64,000 nucleotides of DNA. It comes from Catajapyx aquilonaris (lineage: Eukaryota). The notes under the pieces were generated by a model. It did not search any database, was not told the DNA's origin, and was given only the letters and a program-made list of their open reading frames with translations. Where the stretch lies: the NCBI GenBank assembly GCA_000934665.2, contig JYFJ02000720.1, positions 1 to 64,000 on the forward strand. Direction: 5' to 3'. Made by a program: the position numbers and the translations under genes. Of the stretch, positions 39,244 to 53,962 are shown in pieces. Each line of letters opens with the position of its first letter. Positions within the stretch are counted from its first letter, which is position 1.

Positions 39244-42200
39244 TTAATTATTGCAAGAAATAAAAAAGTTGGCGTTCCCCCATCTATTGTTTTAATGTAT
39301 TCGATGCATTCGTTTTCACAATAATTATAAGGGTGGTTTTTAGGGCTGATGTATGAGCGATGTATTCATGTAGTCGACAGTACTAAGTGCAAATGTGCTT
39401 TAAAGGATTTATGATAGACATGCAAAGTCGGAGAGTGGCTCTCTGGCAGCGGAATCAACCCAACTTGTAATGCAATTCAGCTAATGCATGATATGGCCAG
39501 CAGTAAAATGTTTACAGTCTCTGTTTACAATACAAACTGGATTTGCAAGTTTGTACATTTGTTAGAAAGAATTATAAAGCCGTTTTCATTAACATAACGA
39601 CCCCAACGGCCCGTGTTTAACAAGTCGAGAGAACAAAACGCTGATTGGTAGATTGCCAGTCGTAAACGAAACGGGGAGTAATTAGTGTGTTCGATCCGTC
39701 AGCTAAAAAAACATGTTTATTCTTACCAATTGCGCCGAAAATAAAATAGTGCGCTGTATCTCACGAGATCGGAAACCCATTCCTCTAAAATTGCACAATA
39801 TTAGGGCACCATGCCCCAAAAAGCACATGGGGGTTGTCGGAGTGTAACATGACAACCCCGCGATTGCCGCGCAGTTAATTTCCATCCTGCCTCATTAGAC
39901 ATTAACGACCCAGCGTATACATCCCCAGCCTGAAGGCACCAAGGTAGCATTTTAATTAACGCCGTTCAGGCCAGTTGGATTACACCGGTAACCTGACACG
40001 AACTGTCCGACCGGGCGTGGTGACCGGAAAGCCTAACAAAATGCATCCATCGGATGGCCTGACTCCAAGGGTTAGCTCTCATATTACCTGTGTTATTAGA
40101 AGCTACTAGTGGCCATATTGGTCCAATAAATGGCAAAACCTACATTAGGTATTTTTCACATATTTTTGGGAACAGCGCCATGCATGCAAACACGATGATC
40201 ATCATAAAATATGGGATCTTCAACCATATTGTAAGCTCTTCTCGGGGATGGCATCACCACCGAAAAAAACCTCTCTTTCCTCAAATCAATCATACAATTT
40301 TGGGCGACAGGACCTGGAGGGACTCTCGCCGGGTTGTCAGCTTGATAGCAACTAACGCTCTGCGGAAAAAGCAGAATCGTGTCCTACGACCAGCATTGGA
40401 AATCTGCTTCCAATCTACACGAGAGCTTCCCTAACTATTGGGGAGAAAAAAAAGAGAGGGTAAGGGCACACAAGGGCACAAATTGAACAGCTGCCTTCTT
40501 GACCAGACTTTTCCCTCCCCAAAAAAGCTGCTCAAGTACGCGGTTCATGCCTCTCGTATGTATTGAACGTGTCTGTAGAAGAGCATATTTACTGGGCGCT
40601 CCAGTACGTCAAACCTGGCAGGGGCTGCTGAGTTGGCAAAATGTGGAGCACGAGGCACTGTGCAATACTTGAAATGCAATTTTAGAACGAGTTTCTGCTT
40701 TTGCAGCAGCAGTAGAGGCAGACCCCCTCCAGGCAAAACGGAACCTACAGCAGGACCCAATTACAAGCATATAACGGCCCACTTAAACAATATTCCCCAG
40801 GGGATGTTATATTACGATTCCATTCGTGCTGAGAGACAAAGTACTGGGGTTCTCATCTGCCGACGACGACCTTTACCCGGGGATGTCCGATGAATGTACG
40901 GGTTTGTTATATATGGGGGCTATTGCACCGTCTCAGCAACGGTGCTGACCCCATAATATTCCCTTCCATTAAAAACAAACAAAAAAAAACATATACGAGA
41001 GACCTATATTGTGGCTGATGGTCGTGTAAAACTGCACAAACTCGTACGAGGAGGATGAACAAATGCAATATTGGATATTCTAGCTTATATTAACACAAGA
41101 TTCGTGATGTCACAAGACGCCAATCCTCCACAAATCCGACTTAGAACTTAATGGATATTGGACTTTTGGAGTAGGAAGAGAAACGATATTGAGCAAAGGC
41201 TTAATTCAGAGGCTTAAGGATATAACTCTCGTCCCGACGACAAATGCCAAAGATAGTCCTTTAAGACAACAATCGGAGCAGAAATCACATCATTTGAGTC
41301 ATTGAGTGACAGCGTATATAGGCCTGGCTATATTCATAGAGATATTGGGAAATTCTTAGGTCTCTGTACTGTCTGGCATATATAGTATCTTTGTATGCTA
41401 CTGATTTCCACGGAGATAAATATCCTGAGATGCTCCAATAAGCTGCCAAATTAGTCACTTGTGTTGGACTAGCACAAATCTGCTTTCTGAAAAGACCCGA
41501 AATGCTCGACCTCACGGTAATAGCGCCCTTTTCAACGGATTATTATAATTCTCTTCAAGAGAAAAATCCGCAGCAGTTATTCTGTAAGTGGGCAATCAAC
41601 ATTCTCTGATTTATATTGTATAGCCTTAATCCTCCTTCACTCTTCTAATCACCCCAGGTAGGCAGTAATTGCCACAGAGAGTTCGCAGAAATCTCTGCCA
41701 TAATACTTTATCCTCAGAAAGCAGTGACAATAAAAAGGGCCAAGGTCACTTCTAACACAAGTCAGGTGATACAATGGGGATAAATATACCTGCAGGAAAC
41801 CTCGCATGCGCCGTTCAGAAGAGGCAATTGCACAAATGTGGTCCTCAGAATGAACCTTTTCCATCCATTTTTTTATTGGCAAAAAGGAAACCCCCCAGGA
41901 GGCCAGGAAGAAGTTGGTGCCTATTGGAGTATATCTTTTTCCCCTCATTTCGACGGAACTTATTGGGTTCTTCCTTTTATTTGGTTGGAATAGGTTGGAG
42001 GAAACGGATCGGAAGAAGACGCTTGGTCACACCTGAATGTCCCCCTCTTCAGAATCGGATCATCTCTCTCTATGGCCCTTCTGCCAATTATTTTCAACTT
42101 GTGGACTCCACTGATGGGACACTGGCGCAGCGGACACAAAAAAAAACCGCTGCGAAGAAAGCCGCCTGTCAAAACTGATTATACGCCAATGGTAGAGAAC

Positions 42201-45200
42201 CACCACCCAGTCAAAAATTAGCCGGGGTTTTACACAATAGCTCCGGCGCTAAGTAGAAGAAAAGTCTTTTCAGAAAAATAAGGACGCAAACTGTGGTTCA
42301 GGAAGATTGCTTTGTAAAGACGAGAAGCCTTCTGGAACGTCCCTCTCTCAAAAAGTAAATCCCAGAAACGCATCCTCCGAGGAAAATTGGATCTCTTGAG
42401 GAAATCGCCCGGAGAAAAAAAAAACTAGACAAAAAAAATGTGCACAGAAAGGCAGCTCTGAAAATAAGCCAAATTACAACAATGCACGTTTTGGAAGCCA
42501 ATCCCAAACGGGAGTTGGAAAAATCAGCGAGTCATGCTAATTTTCTGAGCCCATTGCCACCATGGGGTCAAACTTGATCCTCTCGGTACCGGCTAAAAAG
42601 TTTTTCCAAAACTGCGCAGTGATGTCACCAACATTTGGTCTGTCCTGCTGTGATAAGGCCTCTCTCGACTTTGCCTCTGTGGGCATGCCAATTTGCTCTC
42701 ACATTCAGCCTACCGAACTGCGGTGCGCGGATTGTTTCACATCAAAAGGCTCGTACAGTCATACATTTTGCCAACTTACAAATATACTGTAGTTTCGCAT
42801 AATTTTATGCCCATTCCGTGCTCGCAAAAAACGGGGCCATTCATAGACCTGGATAGTGCACGGGAATAATTATGCGTCAATTGCAGTCAAACACAGATTG
42901 CCAAACACGATGATCAAATAAATCCGCAGCGTTGATTTTGCTCTGATGTAATATTACACAAAAAATTTATATTCTTCCTGCAGGTTACAAATATTTGTTG
43001 TACAATACTGGTTAAAAAATAATTCCCTTCTGAAAACAGGCCACAGGCATGATCTGGAGTGCATATCAACACCCTGAGAGCCATACATGGGGGTATGTGT
43101 TGCCTGGCTACGCGAGTAATCTGGTTAGTCTTGGGAGGAAAAGCTCGGTCGAGTTAGATGAAAGCATCCACCGGGATGGATTGGGAAAGGCGTGCAAACT
43201 AGGGAACCGGTGCCAGTTACCTAGTAACACCAGGAGCATAACCAAGTAGCCATGGTTACATGCCTGCAGGGTGATGCATTTTCCGCCTTGCAGCTCTAAG
43301 AGGACCATGTTATCAACATTCACTTTTCATGCTACCCTACAGGATTATCACAGCCAAAAGGATTGTATTGTGTATGCTGTTTAGAATAAAATTAACGGTA
43401 CCACAAACACCCGTAACCTGGCATGGAAAAAGGGTTGTTTTTAGCGCCTCGTTGATGCTAAAATGATTACCATCCAGAGGACAGTAAAAAACAGGGAGGC
43501 GAATTTTTACACTCCGATAAATACCAACGTCGCACTTTGCTTTGAATAATGAGAGCAATTCACCCTCCCAGGACATCCATTTTAATGCAGATTACATTTC
43601 AATTCTCCGCATTGTTGCGGGGTGATTGCGACAACTCATGCGTTGTGCTACTAGGGTTACGTAAGCTGAGAGCGTTCGCAGTAATGACATGTGACATTTT
43701 GTGTGCAAAAAGGGTGGGGAAAGAAACCGGATATGTTCGGAAGTTGGCAAAAATTGAAAAAAAACAGACCGGGTAAAAAATAGCTTTTTGCGTGTGCATT
43801 TGGCGCAAAGTTGCCGTTTCCAGGCCGGGTGAAAATTTGTGAGGTGCAATTAGAGTCGGGAATGAGCACAAAGGGAGGCTTGCATATAGGTTCGATCCAT
43901 ACACGCGGACGTCTGAATCTCATCATTTTTGACATGGTCATGCACAAAAGTTTCGCAATCCCGCGAATGAAAATCCAGGGTATGTAGCCGGCCATATATG
44001 AGTCCATAGACACACAAAAAAATATCGGTTGCCGCAGGGGAACTGCGGTCGCATTAGCACGAACCTACAAACCAGCGGCAGTACCGATTGTAAAAAAAAA
44101 TCATTGTTTTAGTGGACAGCTTCGTACGGTCAAGTACTGTAAGTTAATGGGAGATGTGTCCGGGAAAAAACCAAAAACTGCAATTCTAGGGGAACACACA
44201 GCTTGTCTCCATAATGGCCTCTCTACCGGGTGACAAAGATTCTTTTGGCACGTTTTGTTTGAAGCCTCTCATTCCGGATTAATTTATTCCGCTCCGACTA
44301 GTAACGGCCATCGGTGTCCATTAAGCTCCTCCGACCGGCAAACTTGTCCATTACAGGCTATGCCAAAATGGCCTCCCGACGAACCTGCCCTGAAGCAATT
44401 TGAGCGCAATCAAGATTTTTACACGTCGGGATTGTCAGCTGAAGCTGAAGGCAAACTTTTCCTCCACTTTTCAGGGAGTTGAAAATTGAAGCAAGTGTGA
44501 GAAAATCCTTCGTATGAAGTTTTACGACCATAACATGTCGCGGCAATTTCGCAATGCTCTTTTAATTCGGTCGTAAATGACTTCTAAAGGCATCGAAGCA
44601 AATGAACTGTGCCCGTAAATGGAGTTAAAGCTGTAAAAGTTTTCTTTTTTTTTATCCGGAACCTCCTTCTCAGCCTCCTCTTTAGGATGAAACATCAGGT
44701 TGTTTGCTCAGGAAATGGGGACATTTTCCGGGCGAAGCAGGGCGACTATTGTCAAAAATAATGGCGCTAAAGGAGTTTGCTTTGTCTCACTGAAACTGGC
44801 TTATTTTCCTAAACGCAACTGGGACTGGTGTATTTACAGTGTGTGCAAGGATTTTCGCCAGGATGCAACGTCTCACAGGCATCGATCTCCACTGACGGAA
44901 CGGTATAGTGCTAACACATGTCAGGCGGCTATAGGCTGCCTTGAAGGTGAGAAAAGGGATTCATAATTTATCCCCTTTGCTGCAAGATACTCCGAAGTAT
45001 CTTGTCACTTTTGGGATTACAGCGAAACGTAATATTATCAGACCAAACGACTTTCAGCGCATGTATGATTGTGTGAGTGTGAAGTACTGTACATAGAACT
45101 GTTTTCAGTGTGGGTGAATTAGAGCTGTTTGACATAGAGCAGCAAAAATGAAGCGTGCACTGGCCGCAGGCTTGTGCACACAACTCTTGGAACATACAAG

Positions 45201-46164
45201 CCTGCTCGCCGACCTCTCTCTATATCGGTAGTGGGAGCCAGTGCTACTTGAGAAGCGGATGTGCAATCAACCGATGTTGAATCACTTCTCCGCTGACTAA
45301 TGCAACGAGATTGCCTCTGCTACAGTGCATGGCTTACCCAAATGATTGCCAACAGGCAGAGTGACGTCTAAAGGCAGGAGCACCTTACAAAAATCATGTG
45401 GGTTTCACAGACCGCAGCAGTCTTAGAGGTGCAGAGTGCAATATTTCAACCAATGAAAATGAAAATATATATAGAGCGAGGATGTCAATCTTATAGGGAT
45501 GTACTTAGTCATCATGAGCTGCTCGAGGCTAATGTGGTCAATTATCCCCGTTTGTGTCATCTGAGCCAGATTTGAGAGGCTGTATATTGGAGCTCCAACA
45601 GTGGTATTGCCACTCCAAAATCCGGTGCCCAGCCACTTTGATGTGGTGTTCAGTTTATTAGAGGGGGATGTTTACTGGTTTAAGGTCTTTGGGCATGAAC
45701 CCAATTTTCATGCATGTATTGAGTGTCGATTCAGCCTTTCATCGTCAACACTTCCTTCAGAATAATCTTATCCACGTGGCTGTTGATCTTTCTGAACACA
45801 CACGCTCAGTTCAACTATTTCTATATGATGAACTGCTTTGAATATGCGTCATACACTTACGTAAGAGTTTTCAGTACGAAAATAAGCATGCACTTTTGCC
45901 CTTAAGTTGGTGAACACGTTGCGTAGACATGGCAGTAATTCTGTGCTTATTGGAGGAAATTGTCGGAGGAACTTTCTCTCGATTTTGTGGCAGATGTATC
46001 GGACATTTCGTCCAGCAGCTGGACAGCTGTCGCAATGTTCCTCAGAAATACACACGAATAAACTTTTCTCTCCAAATAATTACTTAGTCTGATTTCCTTA
46101 CTTGCTTTCATTTGACTCACTGACAGTTTTACATTTACATTTGACAATTTTATGCGGAGCTTAC

Positions 46165-46458
46165 CTGTGGTAAAGTTGATCCTATTGGATGAGAACCTCT
46201 TCCCGGAGAAGTCGAAGCATACCATGTAAAAATGATAGGAGACATTGTAGGTGAGATTAGAGATGTGGAAGGTCGTCTTCTCGGGCAGGAAGTTGGGCAG
46301 GACCTCCAACTGGCTCAGATCCGAACTAGGCCCATAGTTGGCCTCGCAGTTTTGCAGACGCTGTTTCTCTTGTGGACTGATGTACCAGTCGAAGGCAGCG
46401 CCGTTGTGCGTCACTTTGTACACCCGGAGGACCAGCGGCGAATCTTTCACATCCGTCG
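46165..46458 (-). CDS. Fibronectin type III domain exon of a single-pass membrane protein
   Basis: Acceptor TCTCTTTTCAG, donor ACAG|GTAAGC, 294 nt, phase 1-1. TDVKDSPLVLRVYKVTHNGAAFDWY...FHISNLTYNVSYHFYMVCFDFSGKRFSSNRINFTT has the FN3 W, L-x5-Y and terminal F-T-T pattern. Confidence 0.85.
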
Positions 46459-49400
46459 CTGAAAAGAGACGAAAACAATATTGTAACTGGAATAAGCCAA
46501 GTAATGTTCCGATTAAACATTTTAAAAGCTTTTAGCCCAATTTTCTGCTGTAGATTAGATAGTGCCCCTTGACACAAGTTGATAAAAGTTTCCGAGCCCC
46601 CGACTGACCACGTAGTGGCATACTCTTAGCATAGATGGCGCATCCTCCCTCTCTTCACAGTGCTGCCCCAGTCAAGTCGTGTCAGGTACTATCAGCTCGA
46701 ACAAACAAATGGAATGAGAGAGCACGCGCACAATATGACTGAACTACACGTGTACCCCTGCAACATTTCCACAACATTACACCCGAACAGAAATATGGTC
46801 GAACATCGTCTATAACACAAAAGTTGGCACCTCCCCCACCAGCCAGTTCCTTTCATCTCCAAGTGAAATCAGACGCTTCGCAGCAGGATTTAGGGTCGTT
46901 TAATCCTCCAGGTTTAATCCTCAGAGTCTGGGCGTGAAATCAAAGAGGACATCCTGAAAGGCGGTCGCCAACAAGCCGGTCCAGTAAAGAAGGAACTCAT
47001 CCTGTAATATGCGAGCGTTAGGGTTCCCTGCAGAGGAGAAGACCGACTTGAATAGCACGATAAGGGATGATATTCGAGATTAGGCTGTGAGCACGACCTG
47101 AGCGAGAGACCGACTCAACCGGAGTCAATTGCTAATTGGTCTCCCATTCAGTTGGGACGCCATCAGGGTTTAAATGGTTTTATGGCTGCTGCTCCTAACT
47201 AATGCGCCGGAATTTCGCAGGTCCTTCGTGCGTTTTCGAGGGACAGGGAATCACTATAGTTGAAAGGCAAACATGGTTTCAGTTGCGCGATCCGGCTGCC
47301 ATTTGATATTATATGTCCGGGGTTTTTAAGCCTCCCCGGATGTTTACTGAAGGAAGGTTCAATGGCAAGCTAAACACGATTTTTACATTAGTCTAAATCG
47401 CGACTTTATTCCTATCCCAAAATGCGTCGGGAAAAGCCACTCTCAAAAAATAAAGCAATCTAAAAATGTTGCAACAACTGGTTTTCATAAAATTCGCGCC
47501 AATTTTTGTTCGTAATTTTTGTCGCTTGTTACCAGACTTAATACGCAAAAGCCAATCAGGGACGTCATCAACATCTGAGTCTCATTTCTGAAGTTATCTC
47601 AAAATAAGGAGTCGCCCATGAGCGTCTGAAATGATGTGATTTACCTTTTTTCATTTCTTTTGATACTCGCTCTGATGGTTTTCGCACTTTTAAGATCTAC
47701 GACACGGGAAAGAGATGGGGATTTGATTGACCCGAACTCGCTAAGCCTGGAATTTGCTCCCAGCATTTCACCACTTCTCTTTTCATTTCCCACCGCCCTC
47801 AAAAGTCATCGTCTGTGAATAATAAATGAAGACTAGTGGCGAAGAGGCGCTTCGGAGCAGTTTAATACCTTCCATTTTTACGACATCTACTGGCGACGTG
47901 GCCTTGTACTTATCGCGAGATCTGAATTGGCAAAAAAAAAAATCGGTCGCAATTAATGCTGCCTGAAACTTCATACAGTTCAAAACCTTTCTTATCAAAA
48001 GAAAATTCCGCAATCAGAGGGTATGCCATCCTCGAATTTAATTTGAAACAAAGTGTCTCGTGATGGGCACGAAATTGGAACGCGAACAACCGTCGACATT
48101 GTCACCATTCCCATTTCCTTCCCCTTAAGTGGACGCGATTTTCGTCGGGGGCACCCTCCACTGGGGGTAATTCAATTTCGACCTCCCAGAAAATATAGGT
48201 CAAGTTCCGCCCTCCAAAATCAGAGTTCCTCATTATCAATTGGGGTAATCAACTTTTTCCAGCCCGCAGTAATTAAATGTTTGACTTTACTTTACAGCAC
48301 ACGAAAGGAGTAGTTTGCATTCCTGATTGCATCTGTACGACACAATAACGACAAGCTGCAAAAAAAGGGTGTATACTTAGGGGACCAATTGAACCGAAAA
48401 GCCTCATTGTATAGGCGTTGGATGGAGCGAAATTAGTTTTCGGATGAATACACGTTTACACTACGGTTTACTAACCAGTGGGGAGTGGCTATACACACAC
48501 ACATCAGAAGGGTTCAGAAGTGATTACCACCCTTGTTAACCAATTGGGAAGGTGTCAAGATCGGGCGTACCTGCAAATGAACGCAATTTTCTTTTCCCCT
48601 GCCGGTGGTGACGGATTGCCAGATTGGCTCAAGAACTTTCTTCATTTCCTTCTGGTGACCTTCCCTGGCCATCCCTGGAGCCTACAACAAAAGGGCTTGG
48701 CTGCACAGGAAATGAAATCCTATCATTCCTAATAAAAGGCTTGTCCCTCGCCTCAACAATCTTTGCAGCCCGGAATTTTTTTCTTCCCTGCCGTGCTGGG
48801 GATTCCAGTCGAGTCGAACAGCAATCCGGCGATGTTGGGAATGATTTGACTTTATGTCCTTCCGACAAGGACGCCATCAGTGGGTGGGATAAGGAGAATT
48901 AATCATCCTAGACGCCCGTTAACTACCTCAAACTGCAGTTCCAGCGGTTAAAATAAATTATTGCAATGGTAGTTTAGTGGCTACATGTACAGATCCAATT
49001 AACTCGCCCATAAAGCTTATTATGGCCTCTGGAATATCACCGAGCCTATTGAATAATTTAATGGGAAAATCACGGCTATAAAATCATCCCTTTGACACCG
49101 GTACAACGAGAACAGTCAGGATGCTGTCCCCATACATAATTCCAGGCGTCAGAAGGAGCGCATTTAATTAGTAGCCCTAGAGATGGGGTTAAATGCGAAC
49201 CCAAGTCATTTCCAAGTTGGCGCCAATAATTAATAAGGATAGGGGATTAATCACGTATTTAGAGGCGTATGTCGCAGGCTTAAGTTTATCTGGGATAACA
49301 AGGGCCTAAACTCATTTGCTGCCTATTATTTCGACTCGAAGAATGGCCTTAGACATTTCAGATAAATTATTCCGCGGGATTCTACTAGCTTCACCGCACT

Positions 49401-52400
49401 TTTTAGTATTGCATAACCACGAATATTTTAATTTCCGGACCGGACGCTCTCTGAGTGATCAAATATGAAAAAGCGTACAGGTACAACTACATATAATTAA
49501 ATTGTGGGCAAGCGGGTGTATTTACTGAAGGTACACAAATCTTGCGGCTTACTGTACTGTAAGCATTGAATTAATTAAATATCCGCCATGTACCTTTTTG
49601 CCCCTTACAAGTATGCAAAGTTTTGAAGAAGAAAGGCGGATGGGTTGCATCAAACCCAGGATGAAACTTGCTTTAAAACCACGGGCCGCGTCGTGTCAAC
49701 AAACAAGCAGCACCGGTAATGAAGAAATAAATTCCTCTTCATTGCTCATTAAGAGAGTTCAAATCTACTGCGGAAATTATGTAAACGAAGCGCACTGGAA
49801 TTGGTCAAGGCTCGTGTTAATCGCCGGCTTAAGCAGTAATTAGGTAATGAAGCTCCGGATCGTCTTTCAAACCTGATTAGGTAAATCTGAATCGGAGACA
49901 AGACCGACGGAGCGTGCATTCCTCTCTCTCTTTCTCTTCGAAAGGACGACCTTCCAAGTCGTTCTTTCCTCTCCATTTCAACGTTGCAACCCGGCTAACT
50001 AATGACGGTTTTGCGCCCCATTTAACTCCGGTTTACGAACCACGACTGACTCTTTGGTGCAAGTGCGTCACTAGTATCATTCAGGTTTTTACGCTTGAAA
50101 TAGGTGGAAAAAAAAGGTTGAAGTAACAAACTATTATCGAGTGCCGAATACGTGACAATACTCCAAACTTATGCACTTAAGCCAAGTTGCTGCAATATTC
50201 CACTGGCAGTAATATTACCAAGAAGTCCCCTTGAAGCGGGCACGACTTCCTAACAATCTCAAATTCGAGTAGTTTCATCCGTCCCTGGAAAGTGTGATGT
50301 AGTTTGATTCCCGCGAAAGTGATACCCTCTTTCCCGGGCAACTCCTGATTATATCGAGGACCACCCCACGCCTGGAAGCCTGAGGAATTTCGGGCGTAGG
50401 GTGGTCCTGTTCCAGGATGTCGCGTTTCCGTGAAATCATTCGATTCGTTACTTCTGGGAAGGAATTAAGTGCCGGAAGCTGTGGTGCAGAAAGTGGGGGA
50501 TCAGTAGATTTATGACCCCTTTTGGCTCTTATCTGGGGAGTGGAAAGTGCCCACGTCGCCTTTAATACGCGGGGAGTGTTTAGCGGCGAATTACGCTGCC
50601 AGCCTTGCTTGTCAGGTGGTCCAGGTCTCCTCCTCATAGGATCTTGTCCACTCGCGCCTGAAATGTGGCCCACGTCGCAAACCTACGTGTGCATGACGTT
50701 TATTTCCAAGCGCCAACATTTCAGACTTAACTATCCGGGAGAAAATTGCCTGCAAACCATTTCGGGAAAAGCATAATGGATATTTTTGCTCGTATTACAT
50801 TATTGCAATATTGAAAACGTAATAAAATTGAGCGAATTCCACGGTCCACCCACTTGAAAGTTGATTACTGCACATCAATAAAATGCTTTTCACAGTGTAG
50901 CCCATACAAAACTAACAATAGCGATGACAATGAACCTGATTAATATTTGAACTGAAGCTCGATGCAAACAATTCGCTTTCGATTCGGTCGTAACAATGCG
51001 CCAATTTTTTTTTTCGCTCCCGTTTAATCATATGCAACAATAATTTAGTCAGCCTTAAATTTAAACGCTCCTCCAACATAAAAGGGGTAAGGATAGGTCG
51101 GGGTCGGGGGGCAGAAAAAGACGAGCTCCATGAGAAGTATGGGGGTGGAAAAGGTGACGATCAAATATGCATGTTCCCCTTTCTGAACACGGCTGAGCCC
51201 ATTCCCAGAGTACTTCTTCCTTCTAAGGGTGACGTCACTATCGATTCTACGACCGCCTAGTCACGAACAATTTTTTCCTTCTTTTTCTTTCTCCAACCAC
51301 TGGGCGCAGGTCCTCCCCGCCCATTCCACACACCTCAATTTCACACGCGACGCTGCTGGGATGAAATGGACTTACTTCTCTTTTTCCTAGAACTCCATTA
51401 CTCCCCCGGAATAATTCGCGACAAGGGATGAAGGAAACAGCATCCACTGATTGCGTCCCCTTTCTACTACAGCGACTGCGAAATGCGCCCGTTCCAAAGC
51501 TTTCTATTAATTTATAGCCCATTTGCAATTCTTACGGCTGCTTAGTCACAAGGTCTGCTCTGTTAAATCACTGATGGTCTCCTCCCTGCGTGGGACTGGC
51601 TTATTGCACTCTTTTCGCAAGGTCAAACCCTTGTCGTGATTTGAATACAACCGAAGTTCGACCGTAATTAAGCCGCTCGCGAAATTTAGGAGCGGCATTA
51701 AAAATAGTACGGATTCAATTGCAGGCTTTTAAATCAGCAGAAAGTTGCACCACCCTGTAGCTCGCACGCCATATCTCGCCATAAAATTTTTATTCTTGGC
51801 CTACATTTATTCAATGTACAAGTAGTACGCTCCGTAATTTATGTAGGTTTCCCCAAGAAAAGGATGCGTTCTGGTTCAGTAGCTGTCCCCATAAATTACG
51901 GTGGGTGCACCGTTTTTGGAGTCGTTTTACGCCTAAATGCCCCTCTTCCAAAATTGCAGCAACATTCTGTAACTGCACCAGACGACCTCATTACTTTTTT
52001 CCACGCCAAAAGGTATGACACACATGGCCCTCGCCGAGTTGGAAACTCGAGCAGACAGCGCTCATTTGATGTGGCGACTTGGCCCAAGCAACTATTTAGA
52101 GTCTGTATCTGCATCAAGAAGCAGTGGGTTTGGAAATATATACAGACTCTTTCTGACTGCCAAACCTCAGGCGCTGCAATCAAAGGTAATTGCCTGGTGG
52201 CCCCTTGCACTGAGTCCTCGCTCAATAGTCTAACTCTAGGTCCGGACCCTTAAGCCCTGGCCGTGTAAAAACACGTCTTAGCCTAGGAACCGTCAGGTGT
52301 TCCGGGTGCAAATATTTGCACCGGAGCACGATCTCAATTTACGGCCACACTTGGGTCGTACGTGCATTTCACGCGGGTGATTTTCGTATTCAAATCCGAC

Positions 52401-53100
52401 CGTCTGATATATACTTTTTATGAGAACACGTATGGGCGGGATAACCTCGAAAAACATTTTAAACTCACATCGTCTGCACTTTTATCCTGTTTACATCCAG
52501 GTCTCTAAAAGCGTCCTCTTTTGGTCGTAAAAAGGGGTAGTGCCACAAGACCTGAAAGGTTCGCTGACACTTACAAAAAAAAAAAAAAGGAAGAGCAGTT
52601 ATGTGCTAGGAAAAAAGTACCCAATCTGCGGTAGGATTACTGTAAGGTCTATTTAATGACCATAAAAATTACAGATTGAACACGCTAGTTACAGAGGCGA
52701 GGTAATTGCAAACAACGGGTGTGAATTTGCAGTGAAGCATCCAAACACGGCGGGAAGGTGTTACCTCGGGCCCATATATACTGCGTGGTATCTGCGGGGC
52801 AGCTTTTATCCGATCTTGTCATACTTAGGCGCCGTGGCCTTATGATGACACTGAGCCTGCGGGCCAGTTTCACTAAAGGTATGAACATTTGTCACGTGAC
52901 TAGTCCCACTGGAGTCCTACAAGAAAATATCGGATCAGAAACACCGTAATGTAATTACATTGTTGAGGAGTGTGACAACCGGAGAGCCTAGAGGAGGCAT
53001 TGTAGGTCAGTCTATGGATTTAGTAGTCGAGTCAAGCTGAAGTTTGTTCTATAAACGGTGTTTCTATGATGCAAAATTTAGGCCGGGTTTTACCTGCGCG

Positions 53101-53146
53101 CGGAGATTTGCTTTTCATTTACGCGTAAATGAAAAGCAAATCTCCG
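53101..53146. repeat. Perfect 46-bp palindrome
   Basis: CGGAGATTTGCTTTTCATTTACG|CGTAAATGAAAAGCAAATCTCCG. Confidence 0.95.
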
Positions 53147-53889
53147 ATTAAGTCTAGGAATTTACAATATCCTAAGATTTTCTCTAATTTGAGCGGATGC
53201 AACTGAGCCGTAATGGAATTAGCGCTAATTGCAGAGACATTTGACTAATTTGGCTAACAAATCTGCTCTTAGTTGATTTGTACACAAATCATCTTCATTC
53301 ACATTAGATAAATCACATTAATTGATTGCGCCGAATTTTTGATCACGTACAGAATGTTAGTAAAAAATACCTCATTATCATTAATTAACAAACACACATT
53401 TAGAAGCACGCAGAACTGCGCAGACCTGCGTCTGTCTGTATTCGTAAATGACACGAGGGCGTCAGAGATTATTGGAGATTCCTGAGGCGATACTGCCGCC
53501 TATTCATATTCCATTCCTGCCAATTCTTTGGGGAGAGACAAAGAGCTGTTGACATCCGTCGGTGGTCCATTGTTCTTCACCCTCCGGGAAGATTTATACG
53601 GCACAAAGCAGGTCCTTTTCCTTTGCCTGTTTCGGTTGGACCGAGTGCTTATCAAGCCCCAAGGGAGGAAACGGATTATTGTTTCTCACACCCAACGCCT
53701 CCCCTTATATAGTTGAATGCAATCGCCTACATCTATACGCCCTCTTAACACATCCTTTTATCTTTCCCCTGCTCTTTTTGGGCGGAAAAGGACCGAAACG
53801 GTATTATGACATTTTGGGTAAGGACTATTGCACGGAAACTAATTAACACTGCCTGACAAGGTGTGTAGTTGGCTCACCCTGCATATCAC

Positions 53890-53962
53890 CCAATGGCAAG
53901 CCGCAATTCCTATCTGCAACCAATGGAAAGCGGCAGCTCCTATCTGCAGCCAATGGGAATGC
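53890..53962 (+). repeat. 30-bp tandem repeat (~2.4 copies), each starting CCAATGG
   Basis: CCAATGGCAAGCCGCAATTCCTATCTGCAA / CCAATGGAAAGCGGCAGCTCCTATCTGCAG / CCAATGGGAATGC. Confidence 0.8.
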
